A DNA stretch of 56,183 bases, the filler included, from Circinaria calcarea (lineage: Eukaryota), in NCBI GenBank assembly GCA_051942165.1. It is 6 parts of 6 records of this genome, joined end to end, with 100 filler letters (N's around TTAATTAATTAA, not from the genome) between each part and the next. Parts side by side here need not be neighbours in the genome. Positions count along the whole stretch, not along the records: positions 46,925 to 56,183 come from JAVECS010000957.1; 5 more parts are not named here. One strand, given 5' to 3'. Under the pieces are notes generated by a model. That model did no database searches. It saw only the letters and a program-made list of their open reading frames with translations, and was not told where the DNA came from. Shown here in pieces: positions 51,854 to 56,183 of the stretch (positions are counted from its first letter, which is position 1; the number at the start of each line of letters is the position of its first letter). Both the position numbers and the translations under genes were made by a program.

Positions 51854-53545
51854 ATGTTTAATGTCCCCGGCTGGTCTGTCTCTGCCGATACGTTGAAAAC
51901 ACAGACACAGAAGACGTCTACAATAGCAGAAAAGAACCTCAAAGCAAACACAAATGGATCCACTGTCAACCTGACCAAGCCATCAAAGAAACGGAAGCGT
52001 GGTGTGGACAGCAATCGGATTGCAATTAATGGAGATAATCTCGCAAAGCTATGGGAGGAATATATCGAGGGGAAGCCTGGTGGGAAGGATTCTGCGGAAG
52101 CTGTAGCCAAGCGGGAGCAGAGGAAGCGGAAGAAGGAGAGTCGAGAGGCTCAAGGAGGGACCGCAGGGGACATCACAACCACAGATGGGAGTATAAACAG
52201 TGGTACTATCAAGGCAGATGGGAAAGAACAATACCAGAAGCGCAAGACCCTCAAGGAGAAGAGGCGTGAAAAGAAAGCTCTACAGCAAGCCAATGGCGAC
52301 ATCCCACCTCCACGGCCAGCCAATACGGTACAGCTTACTCTTGCTGGAGCCATAGTCAGAGGAAACCATTCAACACAACCTTCTGTAGATTTACTAACTC
52401 CGCCTTCTGCTGCCGGAAACACCTCTTCTCAACCTTCCACCTTAACACCCCTACAATCTAGTATGCGACAGAAGCTCATATCCGCGCGCTTTAGACATCT
52501 AAATCAAACCCTCTATACTACCCCTTCAAGCTCCTCCTACGACCTCTTTTCACAGAATCCGACCTTCTTCACTGAGTATCACGAGGGTTTCCAGCGCCAA
52601 GTCAATACATGGCCCGAAAATCCGGTTGAAGGCTTTATCCAATGGATCAAAGAGCGTGGTTCCATCAAGACCGGTAGTAGGGCTTTAGGAAGTCAGAAAT
52701 CGCTCTTCAAAAAAGACCAAAAAAGCCAGAAATCTGCTCCAGCAGTACCAGAACCACCATCAGACCATTCCATCATCCCTCTTCCTCGCCACCACGCTAC
52801 TCACACCTGCACCATTGCAGACCTTGGCTGTGGAACTGCCCTCCTCTCTCGCACTCTCACACCCCTCTCCAAATCCCTGAACCTTCACATTCACTCATTC
52901 GATCTTTGTGCCCCGTCTCCGCTCATCACAGTTGCTGACATTCGTACTTTGCCACTTAAGGACGCTAGCATTGATGTCACGATATTCTGTCTTGCGCTCA
53001 TGGGTATCAATTGGATTGACTTCATCGAAGAGGCATGGAGAGTGTTGAGGTGGAAAGGTGAATGCTGGATTGCTGAAGTAGGCAGCCGGTTTGTTTCTCC
53101 TGCCGGTATGAGGAAAGTAGGGAGAGTGGCACACAGCGTTGGGAATAGAACTAAGCCGGGGGCTACGAAAAGGAAAGGCAAGAAGGAAAGAGATGACGAT
53201 GTTGAAGATGAAGATGCTGTTCTTGATGCGGAACCAGACTCCACCGTGCATTCGCAAGCTGCACCAGGTCAATTAACGACTGACCTCGCACCTTTCCTGT
53301 CCGTCATGCGTACCCGTGGGTTTCTTCCACACGGGGAACCCGAACTGGGCAATAAAATGTTTGTCCGGATGCGGTTCGTTAAAGGCCTCACGCCGACGAG
53401 GGGAAAGAACGTACCGGCGCAGAGTGCTACTTCTGCTGAGTACAGGGGCACAAAGTTCGTGGAGAAAGAAAAGAAAGGCGATGAGGAGATAGGGATCGAG
53501 GAGGAGGCAAAGGTATTAAAACCATGTGTGTATAAGAATCGATAG
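51854..53545 (+). CDS. RRP8: 25S rRNA adenine-N1 methyltransferase Rrp8
   Basis: MFNVPGWSVSA, LTPLQSSMRQKLISARFRHLNQTLYT, YHEGFQRQVNTWPENP, IADLGCG, FCLALMGINW, LKPCVYKNR. Confidence 0.95.
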   Translation: MFNVPGWSVSADTLKTQTQKTSTIAEKNLKANTNGSTVNLTKPSKKRKRGVDSNRIAINGDNLAKLWEEYIEGKPGGKDSAEAVAKREQRKRKKESREAQGGTAGDITTTDGSINSGTIKADGKEQYQKRKTLKEKRREKKALQQANGDIPPPRPANTVQLTLAGAIVRGNHSTQPSVDLLTPPSAAGNTSSQPSTLTPLQSSMRQKLISARFRHLNQTLYTTPSSSSYDLFSQNPTFFTEYHEGFQRQVNTWPENPVEGFIQWIKERGSIKTGSRALGSQKSLFKKDQKSQKSAPAVPEPPSDHSIIPLPRHHATHTCTIADLGCGTALLSRTLTPLSKSLNLHIHSFDLCAPSPLITVADIRTLPLKDASIDVTIFCLALMGINWIDFIEEAWRVLRWKGECWIAEVGSRFVSPAGMRKVGRVAHSVGNRTKPGATKRKGKKERDDDVEDEDAVLDAEPDSTVHSQAAPGQLTTDLAPFLSVMRTRGFLPHGEPELGNKMFVRMRFVKGLTPTRGKNVPAQSATSAEYRGTKFVEKEKKGDEEIGIEEEAKVLKPCVYKNR

Positions 53546-54063
53546 GTAGAACGCGGATCACGGATACAGGAGACAATCATAGGTTAGGCGCCGCTCAAGG
53601 CGGTGCTTACTCTCATATTTACCAGCACTATTCAAAGCTTATCTCTTACCTCTCATCACACCTCGATCTCAAGTACTACGGTCATGCAAGCAGTACTGCG
53701 AGTTGCCTCTCACCGCTCACACTATCCATACATCCATGACTCCCTCTCCTCTTCCCTTGAAACCCTGATTGTAGATTAAGGGTCTTAGGACGAAGGCCGA
53801 AATCATCAACCTTTGAAACTAATGTCGTCGGCTAAACCTGCTTCACGTTTAGGTGATTTTCGCTTCTCCTTGGAAGACGTTCACCGGAATCATTCACTGC
53901 ATGCGAACCCAGCCTAAGAACCTTTATAAATTCCCTCGGAAAATCCTAATCCTTCGTCACTTCCTTTCATCAAACTCCAAGAACAAGTCAGATCAACACA
54001 CCCTCCTCCATCATATATATCATGAAAGGCTAGAGAACCCACTGCTTTCTATCACCGCTCAAC

Positions 54064-55810
54064 ATGAGTACGAACAGCAGTAGCATAGACTTTTTCCTGC
54101 CCTTTCCGACCCTTTATCTGATGACGAAGACCCATCACACCGAGCCACGCATCCTCGAACAACCACCGAATCTGAAAGCGATGGTCTGTCACACCGAGCC
54201 ACGCATCATCGAACAACCACCGAATCTGAAAGCGATGTTCTATCACACCGAGCCACGCATCTTCAAATAGTCAACGAATCCAAGGCCGTAAGTACATTCA
54301 CAAGCTAGATTCACAAGTCCCTGGTGAGTTATGTAGTCATTCTGACTTGCTAACCTCACCTCAAGTCACGTCCACCAAACCCAGTATCGACGTCGCGGGG
54401 GGCCTCTCAAGCATCAAAATGTCAGCATGCTAGCCAACTTCAGCCGTGTCGTCTGTGTACTGTGGATAAGCCTTGGTCGGTTTCCAGTGCGAACATTCCC
54501 TAGTAAGTTTGAATTTCTTTCAATCAGAACTTCAGCTCACTACCTCTTTCTAGCTTGCCTATTGACAAACGTACAAGTCACATGACACCATACTCCGATT
54601 TATTGCTGGCCGCTCTCTCCTATACTGGATTACCAAACCACCTTGTCGAGACCCTTGGGTTGATGAAAGTTAACGATTCCAAACTGATACAAGAAGGTTG
54701 CATACAAGTAGTATTAGGCAACCGCGACCTTAAAGCGTCTGCACTTCCAGGCACGTTTTGGCTCAGATACTTTGTGGTTGTACTATCCGCTAACATGGTA
54801 ATACAGGCAATACAAGGACGCTGGCATTTCTAATACCGATTATCATGCGTATTTTGTCGTCGCCTCTCGTACCTCCACCCTTTGTGCGTGCTCTCATACT
54901 GTGTCCTACGCGCCTCCTAGCTATCCAAACATTCGAGATTTCTGTCCAAGCATGCCATCAGACGCACATACGCCCAGCGCTACTATGCGGGGGCTGCCCC
55001 ATGAAAAGTCAGGTTGAAGAATTGGTTCAAGGCTGTGAGATCCTGGTCGTAACACCTGGTCGTCTCCTCGTTGCACTTCAGCGCGGTATCCTAGACTGCA
55101 GCAAGTTGATGCACATCGTTCTTGACGAAGCGACTGCCTTTTCCAGACCTCGGTTAGAACAAGAGTTAACAGATATCCTGACTCAATACATTCCACATGA
55201 CACCACTGCGAACTGTTCGATGCTACTATTCGCGACGAGTTACACCAATGCACAGAAGAACCTTGTGAACCGATATCTCCGCTTAAAAGGCTATGACACC
55301 ATTGAAAATACTCGGGACCTTGGCAGCTCAAGCTCCATTCAACATGAAGTCCGCTTTTGCAAACGACAAGATAGGTACAAGCAACTAGTCACCGACTTGA
55401 ACAACATTTGCCTCACCGGTCCACGACAAACCATCATTTTCGTTGCATCGAGGCGAGAAGCTGAGTATCTCGATGGCCTTTTATACAATGATGGCTATCA
55501 AGTCGATGCTCTGCACTATGATCGTACCGATCAAGCCCGAGAAGCGGTTACTAATCGTTTCAAGGCAGGGGAGCTTGCCATCCTGATTGCCACTGATGGT
55601 GTGGTTTGTGGGCTTAGCTTCGACCATTGTACTCAAGTTATTCAGTTTCACCTTCCCCGGGACCTTGAAGTATTCGTCGACCGCGCTTGGCGGGCAGATA
55701 ACGGATCGGGCGCTACAGGTCATAATCTCTTCTACTACGATCGTGGGCACGCTGGTGACGCTGCTCTCGGTCCAGAACTGACCTCCCTTTTTCTGACACC
55801 AATCGAATAG
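54064..55810 (+). CDS. Degenerate DEAD-box helicase (Ded1/Dbp2-like pseudo-enzyme or young pseudogene); 4 exons
   Basis: Two RecA-like domains with altered motifs (PTRLLA, TPGRL, DEAT, FATS, ATDGVVCGL, DRAWRA). Introns 54288-54365, 54504-54553 and GC-AG 54751-54806 keep the frame; start uncertain (frameshift at T5, 54091-54095). Confidence 0.7.
54135..54278 (+). repeat. 54-bp tandem repeat, about 2.7 copies, in-frame (18 aa) in the helicase-like first exon
   Basis: Unit TCACACCGAGCCACGCATCNTCGAACAACCACCGAATCTGAAAGCGATGKTCTR. Confidence 0.9.
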
Positions 55811-56183
55811 AGTGACCTTATCTGTGGATACTAATGGAGCGACGGAGCGACGGAGCAAGGTGGCACGGACAGATAGCTTGGACATGGCGCTGATACTACT
55901 CATTCCATAGCACTACGGCCTTGCCCTTTCATAATACCACCGTGTTATCTTTCCACAGCACTACAGTCTCCCCTCTGAGTAACACTACGGCCTTGCCTTC
56001 TCCTTACACTCCGGTCTCGTACCTTCCACACTCGTCATGGTTGCCTTTACTTCGCTTTCGAAGCAAGTTGCCTACCCGCTACCCGCTACCCTGCCCAAAG
56101 CCCCGTCCACAGACAGAAATCCCCCTTTTTCGTACCCGGTTCCATGACCTCCTACCCAACTCCCACCCCTCCCGCATCAGCAC

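Noticed and set aside
54081..54083. In-frame TAG upstream of the helicase-like exon as an A-to-I editing or readthrough site
   Set aside because: The frame upstream of the TAG does not look coding; a one-base indel after ATG 54064 is the simpler explanation.

Overview
Filamentous ascomycete (Pezizomycotina) DNA made of six unrelated contigs of about 9.3 kb, ordered by decreasing length and joined by artificial 100-bp linkers (N44-TTAATTAATTAA-N44). Synteny across linkers is therefore meaningless. Five contigs are nuclear, mostly with intron-containing genes: KDM4/Rph1 demethylase, caprin-like protein, PAF acetylhydrolase, Kin4 kinase, spartin-like protein, 6-phosphogluconolactonase, RRM protein, DPM2, UBC6, SAM50, UFD1-like protein, two SAM methyltransferases, RRP8 and a degenerate DEAD-box helicase. 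Contig 5 (37553-46824) is mitochondrial: rns 3' end, nad6, cox3, ten intact tRNAs, decayed GIY-YIG endonucleases and an orphan ORF. The standout observation is a nuclear tRNA-Ala(CGC) gene (34036-34167, minus strand). It carries the ordinary anticodon-loop intron and a second 48-nt insertion with textbook spliceosomal signals (GTAAGT...ACTGAT...CAG), placed exactly between G53 and T54 of the T-arm. Maturation would appear to need both the tRNA endonuclease and the spliceosome. Also notable: a mitochondrial orphan ORF that duplicated the nad6 leader, a GIY-YIG element associated with a replaced trnI, a dehydrogenase-isochorismatase fusion beside two methyltransferases, and a DEAD-box pseudo-enzyme. 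All family calls come from motif recognition by eye; no searches were run.
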